DNA of 64,000 bases, taken from NCBI GenBank assembly GCA_950097015.1, contig CATNEN010000024.1:1984001-2048000 (forward strand), read 5' to 3'. The notes under the pieces were generated by a model, which worked only from the letters and a program-made list of their open reading frames with translations, did not search any database and was not told the origin of the DNA. The number at the start of each line of letters is the position of its first letter. The stretch's first letter is position 1. The position numbers were made by a program, and so were the translations under genes. Source of the DNA: Macrostomum hystrix (lineage: Eukaryota; Animalia; Platyhelminthes). Shown piece after piece: positions 12,479 through 25,105 of the stretch.

Positions 12479-14584
12479 GTACAATTAGGATATTTGTAAG
12501 TATAGTCAGAATAATTGGGATTTCAATTTTCCAGGACTTCTGCTTCCTCAGACAGGTTTTGGCGATAAGAACTTCGAACCTCCTCACATGAACTGTCTGG
12601 CATTATTTCTCTTTAATTAATTATCTCAAACTCCATATGTAATTCTGTTCATTTCTTACATGTAAGTCCTTGCAATGCACTGAGACACTGCGAGTGGGAG
12701 AGAAGCCTACCGGGTACTCAGCTTTGATTACTTTCCCCTTTCTGGCCATCGCAGGCCGTCCAAATTCTCACGGTGCTTTTCTAATTCATCAATTCCAATT
12801 TCAGCGCTGTATGCTTAACACGGACTCAACAGCTAGGACTCAGTGACAAAATCTAAAAGCAGATTCTCAAGTGCATTTCAACCTCAGACCAGAGAAACCA
12901 GTTCTAGGCTGTGCTTAAATCGTATCTGTAGGTCAACCGGTGACGAGAGTGAATCAGAATTCTTAACAATGTCCTCGAGCTCGGAATTAACAATAGAAAC
13001 GTGCGCCCTAGTGAACAATCGAAATCTCTCTTGTGTCTCTCTATAATAGGTCCTCCTGAAGGGCGTCTTCTTCGCTACCTCCGAAAGATAACGGATAACT
13101 CAGATCAATCAATCAATAATCCTCTAAGAATGTATCCTAGGAAACAAGGAGGCCTTTCTTAAATGTATCGACGATTTGCGGCTCTCGTAAACCTAGTTCA
13201 ATTCAACAACTATTGCTAGCAATAAATAACTCTGGCTAGTAAAGCGCTTGCCACTTGTCGTTCCCTCAGAGATGGGTCCTCTTCTTCGTAAGCTATTTTG
13301 AAGTCCGGTGGACCGCTCCGAGTCTGAATTTTCAGCTCGGATTTTCGCTTGTATTTATAGTAAAATTTTAGGGCAAACCGGTTTAGGACCGGGTGTTTAC
13401 ATTGGGCATACATGTTTGCACAGTGAGGTCAAACTTGTTTGTTCAGCTGCGTTTCGGGGTTTTTCAGGTGAACATTACCATATTTGGAATTCAAGCAAAT
13501 ACAGCTGTCGAGAACCGGTTCTCCGGTTTCATGTCACATGACTTTGCTTCTAAAAATAGCGCATGACTCATTTCTAAAAATAGATTAAACGTTATGGTTA
13601 AGGTTTCCTTGTGACATTACTTTAAGTAGTGCGTTAAGCAAAAAGCATATTTTACTACTCTCTACATTGAGTCTTTAAATAATGTCTAAAGCGAGCTTCA
13701 CTACCGAAAAACCATGGATTGTCCATGGCAAAACCATTTTTAGTAGCATTCAGATGCCTTCAGCAGATAGACTTCACCATTTGCAATAGAAAGACCACAC
13801 TGTTTACCCCCACTGGGGGCCACTACCCACTGCCGAATTCACGGTAGCTCCAAACCAAATGACCGATTTTCGTGAAAGTCCTCCAAAATTTTCCGCCTTT
13901 TACGACGAACTAACTTTCAAAGCCGTCCGATGTGAGCATTGTCGAGATATTCAGCGATTCGTGTCAAAGACCCTGGTGACAAGGACAAGTAACATTGTTC
14001 TGTATAAGCCTCTATGATGAATCCGTATTGTTCAATAATCTGAGTCCATCTGTCGTAGGAAGCTTTGTTCTCAGAATCCCAGGCACCAGGGTCCCTTCAT
14101 CACCGTCTGGAGCATTGAAGGCGACCGTCCGGACCGGTCCGGAATTTTTAATTTTTATTAACTTATATTGATTTTTATTAATTTTTAATTACACCTTGGT
14201 CTTTCTACTGTTAAAATACATTTATTTATAGAAAAAGGGGGCACTGATTTTCAGAATTCTTTGCCTTCATATTGTGTTATTCGTCAATTTAAGCTTTTGA
14301 ATCCCAGCCAACATTATATGGATTAACACACAGTTGCTGGATTAAGCACGAAAGCGTGAAGCTGTGATCTGATTGGTCGTGGAAATTTCGGTCCAATGGG
14401 GTAGGGACAAAGCACAAGTCATGCAGATCCAGAGCGTCTATGCCGCACTGGCAGACTATCTTCGAACAACAGAATCAGATCGGAGCAATTCTGACATTTC
14501 ACGAACCTGTTCGGCAGCAGGAGCGGGTAAACTGTCGCTCCCTAAGACTGCAAGCCGCTTATCAGGCGCAGCCGTCTGGCAGTG

Positions 14585-17500
14585 ATGGATCCGCAGCGCA
14601 GGCGACGAGCGATGCTTTGGGGCTACGTCAACAACTTCACCAGCGGCACCACAGCGCACGGCTTCAGCCGGACCAACGCCAGCCAGAGCTGGGTCCGCAT
14701 GGTCTGGGTCGGCATTGTGTCCTGTGCCTCATTGGGCGCGATCTTTCACGCTACAAAGCAGGTGACAACATACCTGCAGTATCCGGTGTCCAGCACCAAC
14801 CGTCAGGAGCCCAACTCCTTCGAGTTTCCCGACTTGACATTCTGCGACCCGCTAAACAAGCGGTTCTTTCACAAGACCAGCAGCGAGCTGGCCAAGCAGG
14901 CGAACCGGATCGCCGAGCAGGTCATCACCTACAGTCTAGTGTACAGCCACTTCGGCACCGAGACTGACTGGCGGAAGGAGCGGAAAGCCATCGAAATGAT
15001 TTACACCACCTGGGAGCACCTGCTCAACATCACGAAAGCGAATATCCGGCCGCTGGACATGGTTCTCTACTGCACGTTCGACGGAGAGCCATGCAACCAT
15101 CTCCAATTCCAGGTGTTCTATCACCGGCTCTACACCAACTGCTTCACTTTCAAGCCGCCGGCGCGGCACCTACGCAGCAGCGGTATGGACCGTGGTCTCT
15201 TCCTGCTGCTCTATGTGCCGTCGGCGGATCCCAGCTTCCGGGTGGACAGCCTGGCCCGACTCGCCTCCGGACTGGAGAACAACGGCATCCGGTTCCAGAT
15301 CCACCAGCGGGACACCATCCCGCACCCGCTGGAGTACGGCATCATGGCGCCGACCGGCACGCTGACGGCAGTCGGCCTCGAGCAGGTGAAAACGTCGCTG
15401 GCTAACACGCCGACGCATCCGTGTGTCCCTGACCTTCAGATCGAGCTGTACGACAATCAGTTTAACTTCACCCGACGCTACGACCGACAACTGTTCGACT
15501 GCATCAAGGCCGAATATCACAGAGAAGTGAACGAGCTCTGCGGCTGCCTGCTTGAGAGTCACGTCATCCTGGAGCCTGGCTTCGACGGCATCGTCGAGAA
15601 CTTTTGTCACGACCTGATTGGCATGATGACCCCGGGCAGAGTTGAGTGGGTCAAGGAGGTGTACAACCGCTCACTGGCTAGCCTCGGCAAGCAGCCAGAA
15701 AGTCTCGCAGACTACATCAAGATCGGCCTGCTGATGCGTAGCATGGACCCCAGCCTGGAGGTGCCGCTGAACCGCATGATGTGCGCAGACAATGTTTCGG
15801 AGAACGCCGTGAAGCCGGAGCGCTGCTACGACTCGTGCAACTACAACAAGTACTCGTACAGCCTGTCCCAGTGCCCCTGGCCAGAGGACTCCTTCGAGGT
15901 GCGCAACGCGCAGATTCAAATGATCAAGATCGCCCAAATGTTGGATGAATACGATCGCCTTCACGGCGACGAAGAGCCAATGTCGGCGCTGGCGAGGTCC
16001 ATGAGGCACCACAACCTGAACACCAACAGCTGCCAGACGCACAGCACGCAGAACATGACAGTGCCGGAGCCGGATGGGTGCCACCGGGTGCAGCTGTTCG
16101 TGCGCAGGTCCATTGTGCAGCTGCGTGTCTACCCGGAGACGCTCACGGTGCGGCACAACATCGAGGAGCGGAGCTACGAGCTGGTCAACCTCTGCTCCGA
16201 TATGGGAGGTCAGTGCGAGGCAAAATGTAGTGCAGCGCAAAACCTAGTTTTTTAGGTTACTGACCTAGTCTAAGAACTGGCATTGTCCGTAACTAGAGGA
16301 AGTTATGGATCGATCTTCTTCCCCCGGTTTGTGTGTTCACATGCCGACTGGAGTGGCTACGATTGGACATACTTTCGCTTGACCTCAACGCTTGGGTGCA
16401 AATGTAGGCATTGCTAAGCAGATTTTCGATAAGAAATTTCTTACGCTAATTAACTTCAGCGACTCTTTAAAGCAATCCGGAAAAATTAGTTTGTCAGTTT
16501 AGTCAAGCAAGTAGGTAGCGATTGGGTATTTTTGAGAGGTCTAGCGTGCAAGTGTCATTATTGCCCTAATAGATTAAATGGGGTTATTCGCTTCTTTGGA
16601 ATTCTGAGTTAAATATAGTCTAAAAATGCCTTTCGTTTAAGTGTGAAACAGAGGCTTACTATACGACTTACGACAGAGCTGCACGAATAGACAGTTTAAG
16701 GTAATAAATAAAGGATCTTCTATACAAGAGTAGGCTCGGAGTTGGCTATGGCACAAAATCCCGAAATGTCACTCTACAACAGGGGTAGGCAAACTTATTT
16801 GCTGGCGGGCCAAAGAGAGAACCTAATAGACGACACCGGGCCGCATTGACTGTATAAATATGAGATAGGGGAGAGATGAGACACGGGAGAGATGAGACAC
16901 GGGAGAGATGAGACACGGGAGAGATGAGACACAGGAGAGATTAGACACGAGAGCGATGAGACACGGGAGATATGAGACACGCGAGAGATGAGACACGCGA
17001 GAGATTAGACACGGGAGAGATGAGACACGGGAGAGATGAGACACGGGAGAGATGAGACACGGGAGAGATTAGACACGGGAGAGATGAGACACGGGAGAGA
17101 TTAGACACGGGAGAGATGAGACACAGGAGAGATTAGACACGAGAGCGATGAGACACGGGAGAGATTAGACACGAGAGCGATGAGACACAGGAGAGATTAG
17201 ACACGGGAGAGATGAAACACAGGAGAGATTAGACACGGGAGAGATTAGACACGAGAGAGATGAAACAGGACACTATAGATGTCAGAAGGTGCAACGGGCC
17301 GGATTTGGGAGCTTCGAGGGCCGCATCTGGCCCGCGGGCCGGAGTTTGCCGACCCCTGCTCTACAAGCTGATATCACAACTTAGAACTCGTCAAGGTCGT
17401 TCTAAATAACATTTAACATAAAATGATGAGAGTAACTTGTCCTTTAGTTTCGAAAATATTAGCGCACGTGACGAGTGCGTGGTTCAAGGTCACGCAATGC

Positions 17501-20500
17501 TATAAATAGAAACATCGAGTGCAATTGGTGACTCATCCTTTTTAAAGTCCAACCAAACTGAATGAGATATCTGTCTAATTGCGGAGAAGGCATCAAGATT
17601 TGAATTTAAAACATAGAGCCTGCTTACTATACTCAGAGTTTTTTACTTTAAGCTCATTTGATCTCTGAGTCTACTTGGAGTGAGACTTTGGAGTAAGAAT
17701 TGAACCTTTTGCTTCTTTTTAGTTTCCATATGGGGAATTATGGGGCATAAAATAAGTCAATTGGCATGGTAAATCAGTTGCAAAAACCCAAAAAGGCATC
17801 TTTAAAAAGACCCCCCCTAACTTTACATAATGTTCTGGTGCACTACCTAATGAGCTACGGCTGTACCTAATAGGCTAGTGCTGTACCTAATGGGCTAGTG
17901 CTGTACCTAATGGGCTAGTGCTGTACCTAATGGGCTAGTGCTGTACCTAATGGGCTAGTGCTGTACCTAATGGGCTAGTGTTGTACCTAAATGGGCTACT
18001 TCTGTACCTAATAGGCTAGTGCTGTACCTAATAGGCTAGTGCTGTACCTAATAGGCTAGTGCTGTACCTAATAGGCTAGTGCTGTACCTAAATGGTCTAG
18101 TGCTGTAGCTAATGTGCTGGTACTCTACCTACTGGGCTAGTGCTGTACCTAATAGGCTAGTGCTGTACCTAAATGGTCTAGTGCTGTAGCTAATGTGCTG
18201 GCACTCTACCTAATGGGCTAGTGCTGTACTTAACGGGCTAGTGCTGTACCTAATGTGCTGGCACTCTACCTAATAGGCTAGTGCTGTACCTAATGGGCTA
18301 GTGCTGTACCTAATGGGCTAGTGCTGTACCTAATGGGCTAGTGCTGTACCTAATGGGCTAGTGCTGTACCTAATGGGCTAGTGCTGTACCTAATGGGCTA
18401 GTGCTGTACCTAATGGGCTAGTGCTGTACCTAATGGGCTAGTGCTGTACCTAATGGGCTAGTGCTGTACCTAATGGGCTAGTGCTGTACCTAATGGGCTA
18501 GTGCTGTACCTAATGGGCTAGTGCTGTACCTAATGGGCCAGTGCTGTACCTAATGGGCTAGTGCTGTACCTAATGGGCTAGTGCTGTACCTAATGGGCTA
18601 GTGTTGTACCTAAATGGGCTACTTCTGTACCTAATAGGCTAGTGCTGTACCTAATAGGCTAGTGCTGTACCTAATAGGCTAGTGCTGTACCTAATAGGCT
18701 AGTGCTGTACCTAAATGGTCTAGTGCTGTAGCTAATGTGCTGGTACTCTACCTACTGGGCTAGTGCTGTACCTAATAGGCTAGTGCTGTACCTAAATGGT
18801 CTAGTGCTGTAGCTAATGTGCTGGCACTCTACCTAATGGGCTAGTGCTGTACTTAATGGGCTAGTGCTGTACCTAATGTGCTGGCACTCTACCTAATGGT
18901 CTATTTTGTTACCTAATGGTCTATTAAATCTAAGCCATTTGATAATGGCTTAGATTTGACCATGCAAAAGATGATTCTGCAGCAAAGTTGGCAAATCAAA
19001 AACCATTTCGGCTTCATAAATAATTCGCGCGCAGGGAAAGAGAAGAGTTGCTGGCTCACTTGAGCTCCGCTGAGACCTTCGGCATCACGGCATAAGATTT
19101 CGACAGACGGGCAGCCTAATCTAGGAGAGATTTATGGCTTTCAGCTTTTCCAGACAGTCCTATCAACTCCTTCTGTAACTCTGCTTATCGCTGCGTTTTC
19201 CGACTGGTCTATATCAAGGTGGTTATTTCTTAAAAAAAGTGGCTATTTTCGGACATCTTTCTGCGGGATGACAGTTTGCTTTGAGCCTGGGGGTTAGGAG
19301 ACAGGACAGATAGGACAGAAACCTATTGGACTGAGGATAATTAGCCCACCATATGCTAATAAAGTTTTAGAATTTGAGCACAGCTCCATGTCTGCTATTG
19401 TATTCTTGGAGTAGATATTTTGTCATGTCTGAGGAGATTATGCCGGAGCACAACGACATACCACTAAATCCGAATTAGGAAGTCTTACTGCGGTAAGACT
19501 ATCATACAGTGAGTCATTAATTTACCCACCTGGTCAATCATGCAGTGAGTCATTAATTTACCCACCTGGTCAATCATGCAGTGAGTCGGTAATTTACCCA
19601 CCTGGTCAATCATGCAGTGAGTCGGTAATTTACCCACCTGGTCTATCATGCAGTGAGTCGGTAATTTACCCACCTGGTCTATAATGCAGTGAGTCGGTAA
19701 TTTACCCACCTGGTCTATCATGCAGTGAGTCGGTAATTTACCCACCTGGTCTATCATGCAGTGAGTCGGTAATTTACCCACCTGGTCTATCATGCAGTGA
19801 GTCGGTAATTTACCCACCTGGTCTATCATGCAGTGAGTCGGTAATTTACCCACCTGGTCTATCATGCAGTGAGTCGGTAATTTACCCACCTGGTCTATAA
19901 TGCAGTGAGTCGGTAATTTACCCACTTGGTCTATAATGCAGTGAGTCGGTAATTTACCCACCTGGTCAATCATGCAGTGAGTCGGTAATTTACCCACCTG
20001 GTCAATCATGCAAAGAGTCGGTAATTTACCCACTTGGTCTATAATGCAGTGAGTCGGTAATTTACCCACCTGGTCAATCATGCAGTGAGTCGGTAATTTA
20101 CCCACCTGGTCAATCATGCAAAGAGTCGGTAATTTACCCACTTGGTCTATCATGCAGTGAGTCGGTAATTTACCCACCTGGTCTATCATGCAGTGAGTCG
20201 GTAATTTACCCACCTGGTCTATAATGCAGTGAGTCGGTAATTTACCCACCTGGTCTATCATGCAGTGAGTCGGTAATTTACCCACCTGGTCTATCATGCA
20301 GTGAGTCGGTAATTTACCCACCTGGTCTATCATGCAGTGAGTCGGTAATTTACCCACCTGGTCTATTTTGCAGTGAGTCGGTAATTTACCCACCTGGTCT
20401 ATTTTGCAGTGAGTCGGTAATTTACCCACCTGGGCTATAATGCAGTGAGTCGGTAATTTACCGATAATTTGATTCATTCAAAGTCAGCTGGGGCAGGTAA

Positions 20501-23332
20501 GCAAAATTCTGCAGTGGTTGGCAAGCTGGCTCAGAGAGCTGACCACACCAATGCTATAATTCAGTGTGGCTTGTGTCATTTAGACACTGACTGTACTAAA
20601 TTGAACTCAATATAGGGATTTTCGCTTCCTATACAACAACTCGTTACAGTTTATCATTAATCACTGTATTGAGAATGCCATATACCGGCTAGTACTCGGG
20701 GCTTGAAGGCTTAACGAAATTACTCTATTGAGACAATGGGACAGAAATGAACAGACATGAAATTTATATCAATATTATAATATAGGGCTTATAACGGGTG
20801 ATAATGATATTGATATATTGAACAGCTCAAGTGCTCATAAGCCAAAAGCAGAAGCTCTGTGAGTGTGTGAGAGCTGCAGGGCAGCCTTCTAAACAATTCT
20901 AAAGACCTATATTCTAAAGGCTTCTATTCTTTAACTCCCAATGGTCACAGATTATTTTTTACGATATTATACTTTTTCAAAGTTACTCACACAGTGAGTT
21001 AGTTCATAGTGACTCAAAGTTTCTTTACCACTCTCTAATTGGAAATGATCCCCTTTTCAAGGGTGGGGAAGAGAGAATTGCATGCTCCGTGAGTGCGAGC
21101 TCTCTGCCTATCTCTCTGTGTCTCGTCACCATAATTGCTGCGACCGGGGCGGGCATAAATGCCATTATTGAGCCAGTTTGGATGTGCCTTCAGACTAGAT
21201 CATTTCTGACTGCGCGAGCATTCTTTGGACAGCGGTTTGTGTGACCGGTTAGAAATTATTTTTTAGGTGGGGTAAGTGGCGAAAGTTACTATAGCGCGTG
21301 CTGTCGCGGCTCGATTCTGGGGCCATTGGGCGATTGTGATCATCATGACAATGAGCATAATTAACAGCTTTTTGTAGTATAGCTACTATTCTGGGGTTCC
21401 AGCTACTATTCTGGGGTTCCAGCTACTATTGGGATTTTAGCTACTATTCTGGGATTCCAGCTACTATTGTGATTTCAGCTACTATGACCATGAGATTCCA
21501 GCTACTATTGGGATTTCAGCTACTATTGTGGGATTTCAGCTACTATTGGGATTTCAGCTACTATTGGGATTTCAGCTACTATTGGGATTTCAGCTACTAT
21601 TGGGATTTCAGCTACTATTGGGATTTCAGCTACTATTGTGGGATTTCAGCTACTATTGTGGGATTTCAGCTACTATTGGGATTTCAGCTACTATTGGGAT
21701 TTCAGCTACTATTGTGGGATTTCAGCTACTATTGGGATTTCAGCTTCTATTGTGGGATTTCAGCTACTATTGTGGGATTTCAGCTACTATTGGGATTTCA
21801 GCTACTATTGTGGGATTTCAGCTACTATTGTGGGATTTCAGCTACTATTGTGGGATTTCAGCTACTATTGGGATTTCAGCTACTATTGTGGGATTTCAGC
21901 TACTATTGGGATTTCAGCTACTATTGGGATTTCAGCTACTATGACCATGAGATTCCAGCTACTATTGGGATTTCAGCTACTATTGTGGGATTTCAGCTAC
22001 TATTGGGATTTCAGCTACTATTGGGATTTCAGCTACTATTGGGATTTCAGCTACTATTGGGATTTCAGCTACTATTGGGATTTCAGCTACTATTGTGGGA
22101 TTTCAGCTACTATTGTGGGATTTCAGCTACTATTGGGATTTCAGCTACTATTGGGATTTCAGCTACTATTGTGGGATTTCAGCTACTATTGGGATTTCAG
22201 CTTCTATTGTGGGATTTCAGCTACTATTGTGGGATTTCAGCTACTATTGGGATTTCAGCTACTATTGTGGGATTTCAGCTACTATTGTGGGATTTCAGCT
22301 ACTATTGTGGGATTTCAGCTACTATTGGGATTTCAGCTACTATTGTGGGATTTCAGCTACTATTGGGATTTCAGCTACTATTGGGATTTCAGCTACTATT
22401 GGGATTTCAGCTACTATTGTGGGATTTCAGCTACTATTGGGATTTCAGCTACTATTGGGATTTCAGCTACTATTGGGATTTCAGCTACTATTAGGATTTC
22501 AGCTACTATTGGGATTTCAGCTACTATTAGGATTTCAGCTACTATTGGGATTTCAGCTACTATTGGGATTTCAGCTACTATTGGGATTTCAGCTACTATT
22601 GGGATTTCAGCTACTATTGTGGGGTTTCAGCTACTATGACCATGAGATTCCAGCTACTATGACCATGAGATTCCAGCTACTATGACCATGAGATTCCAGC
22701 TACTATGACCATGAGATTCCAGCTACTATGACCATGGGATTCCAGCAATTATGACCATGGGATTCCAGCAATTATGACCATGGGATTCGAGCTACTATGA
22801 CCATGGAATTCCAGCTACTATGACCATGGAATTCCAGCTATTATGACCATGGGAATCCAGCTACTATGACCATGGAATTCCAGCTACTCATACGGTGACT
22901 GATCACAATCAAATGGTCATTTTAGCCCCATGTTTGACCACTGTCTGCCAATCGTGCGCTCTGGCACTCATAAAAATGGTCAATCGTGCTTCCAACAATT
23001 CTAACTTGTTCTCACCAGGTGTCCTTGGCCTTTGGATCGGTTTCAGCATTGTTACCCTGTTCGAATTCGCCGAATTACTAATCGTGTGCGCGTCATACTA
23101 CTGGTACCGGTTAATAAGCAGTTTCTCCCGAGTGAAGCGGCACCCAATGCGCATACCGAAGCTGTTACCCGGCGGCTCAACCAATCAGAACGAGCTCCGA
23201 GAGGTGGAGCTGTTCGTGAACGCCTCCATGTGCACATCACCGTCTATTCTGAGCGCGCAGTCGAGAACAACGGCCGTTGGCGGCTCTGCCAACAACAGGC
23301 GGGACTCGCAGCTGCCGCAGACTTTCGCCTAG
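14585..23332 (+). CDS. DEG/ENaC (ASIC/FaNaC-like) amiloride-sensitive cation channel, 645 aa, exons 14585-16208 and 23019-23332
   Basis: N-terminal TTAHG (HG motif), TM1, FPDLTFC, CTFDGEPC, YTNCFTF, LCGC. The phase-1 splice joins LCSDMGG|VLGLWIGFSIVTLFE (TM2 and selectivity filter). Acceptor ctcaccag has a CTAAC branch point at 23001-23005. Confidence 0.93.
16780..17358. mobile_element. hAT-superfamily (Charlie/Buster-like) non-autonomous MITE, 579 bp
   Basis: 16-bp TIRs CAGGGGTAGGCAAACT / AGTTTGCCGACCCCTG (1 mismatch). Perfect 8-bp TSD CTCTACAA at 16772-16779 and 17359-17366 with central TA. Subterminal gggcc motifs. Confidence 0.92.
16863..17262. repeat. Minisatellite inside the MITE, 16-bp unit (gagatgagacacggga), ~25 copies
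   Basis: Tandem periodicity entirely between the TIRs. Confidence 0.95.
17838..18925. repeat. Intronic minisatellite, 20-bp unit (gtacctaatgggctagtgct), ~54 copies
   Basis: Tandem periodicity in the ENaC intron. Confidence 0.95.
19497..20470. repeat. Intronic minisatellite, 33-bp unit (gcagtgagtcggtaatttacccacctggtctatcat-like), ~29 copies
   Basis: Tandem periodicity; explains the spurious 330-aa repeat ORF. Confidence 0.95.
21380..22890. repeat. Intronic minisatellite, 18-23 bp units (gggatttcagctactatt[gt] grading into ctactatgaccatgagattccag)
   Basis: Tandem periodicity; ends about 130 nt before the ENaC exon-2 acceptor. Confidence 0.95.
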
Positions 23333-24284
23333 AAATTGTTCCAGGCGTATATTTTTGCGGAATTTAAATTCGCGCCAAAATAAAAAATAATATTTTCCTT
23401 TTTCTACCATAAAAAATCAAAAAATTTTTTATGAGGAATAGAACTGAAAATTATCTATTGATAACGGTAGCTACATAAAATTTGATTGGCTGAAGTGAGT
23501 CACGTGATTGGGTTGAAACTACTGCAGAGGTTTCCTAAAATATAAACAAAGCAATGAATCATCCCTGTTGTCCAATCAAATTTCCAAGGTCAGCTTTTAC
23601 TATATTTAAAGTGATATGCTCATAATGACATAGTGACATAATAAAGTGATATAAACAAATTTAGGCGCGAATTTGAATTCAAGAATATCGTTGGAGCCAG
23701 CGGCTGTATTGCTACCAGAAAGACTTCGTAATTTCATCCGGGTACATGCCTACAGGCCGTACATCCGGAAACATGCCTTAATGTTGTTGCTAGTTTTTCT
23801 CAATGCTCTAAAATTAAGTGAATTTTTATGCGACTTAGAAAAGCCATTAGCTGTGATTGACCTGTTCTGCGTCGCTTTAAATGACATTTTATCAATTTTT
23901 CAATAGTTCGCTTTTTGACCATTTTATTGCGTTCGACAGTAAACCAAATGACATGTCTTGTCCAAGCCTTCCCATTAATATAAGCAATTATTTTATTAAA
24001 TATTAGTGTTTTGCGATTCTGAACCTCTCATAGGTTGCTGTTTATGAGCTTATAACATAAACCGAATATTCAAGCGGATGAAAAGTAAATCTGAACTTTT
24101 ATATCTGAACTGTTAGTTAAACTTTTAAAGTTGAAGTAAATTGTAAGCCGTGAAAAAAGCTAATTGAACGGGATTCACATAGGAATACTATGAACTACCC
24201 ACTGACTTCTCTCTGATTGGCTCCTCAGAAGGAAAGCAACTTTATGCCATAGACAGTTTGTTTGGGAGAGATCTAAAATATGTC

Positions 24285-24520
24285 TGATCAGATCTAAAAA
24301 TAGATTATATCAGATCTAGAAATAGATTAGATCAGGTTAAAAAATAGATTTGATCATATCTAAAAATAGATTCGATCAGATCTAAAAATAGATTCGATCA
24401 GGTCTAAAAATAGATTCGATCAGATCTAAAAATAGATTCGATCAGATCTAAAAATAGATTCGATCAGATCTAAAAATAGATTCGATCAGATCTAAAAATA
24501 GATTCGATCAGATCTAAAAA
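24285..24520. repeat. Minisatellite, 22-bp unit (gatcagatctaaaaatagattc), ~10 copies
   Basis: Tandem periodicity. Confidence 0.9.
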
Positions 24521-25105
24521 AGGATCGTCCTTGCCAAGGACGATCAAATCACGGGTGTTTTGTTTACTACTTGGGCTACAATACTATATTATATTATAAC
24601 TTGCACCATACGTCTGATCAATGTGCTCCCGTTTTCAAAGCGCGGTTTGGAGTAAATGCGATACCAGACACCCATAGTGAGTTGAACATTCCTGACATCG
24701 AATTGTAGACACGGCTACCTCGATATCGAGAAGCTTCAACTGAAGTGGACTCGCTAATTTTTTTTTATGCCGTGGCGACAGCTTTACCACGGGACGGTAA
24801 TTATTGCTTTGAAGCCGTACTGACCCAGTGGCACTTAGGGAAGACTAAGAAGGTCCAGCATGGAAGGTAAGTCCGTCGGATGCAAATTTAGCATTTCCAG
24901 TCAGCCACTAGCTAACCAGGTGTAAAAAACTGCGCATTTCCTGGCTCTGCTATTACCGAAATGCAGAATCGTAAAAACAACTGATTTCTTAGATAAGAAA
25001 CTTTTTGCTTTAAAAATTTTACGTCCTTTCTTATTGTATCGCACTATTTACTCTGTCCCACTCAATACTAACCTAACAATATACTAACCTAAAATATAAA
25101 AACAT

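Noticed and set aside
12500-14100. Minus-strand stretch with protein-like pieces, including QGNLNH reminiscent of bunyavirus RdRp motif B
   Set aside because: Frames break repeatedly, no motif A or SDD motif C lies at a proper distance, and stop density is near random. A TBLASTN/HMM search would be needed to revive the idea.
14123-14143. Palindrome ccggaccggtccgg as a transposon end
   Set aside because: No matching partner end or TSD found.
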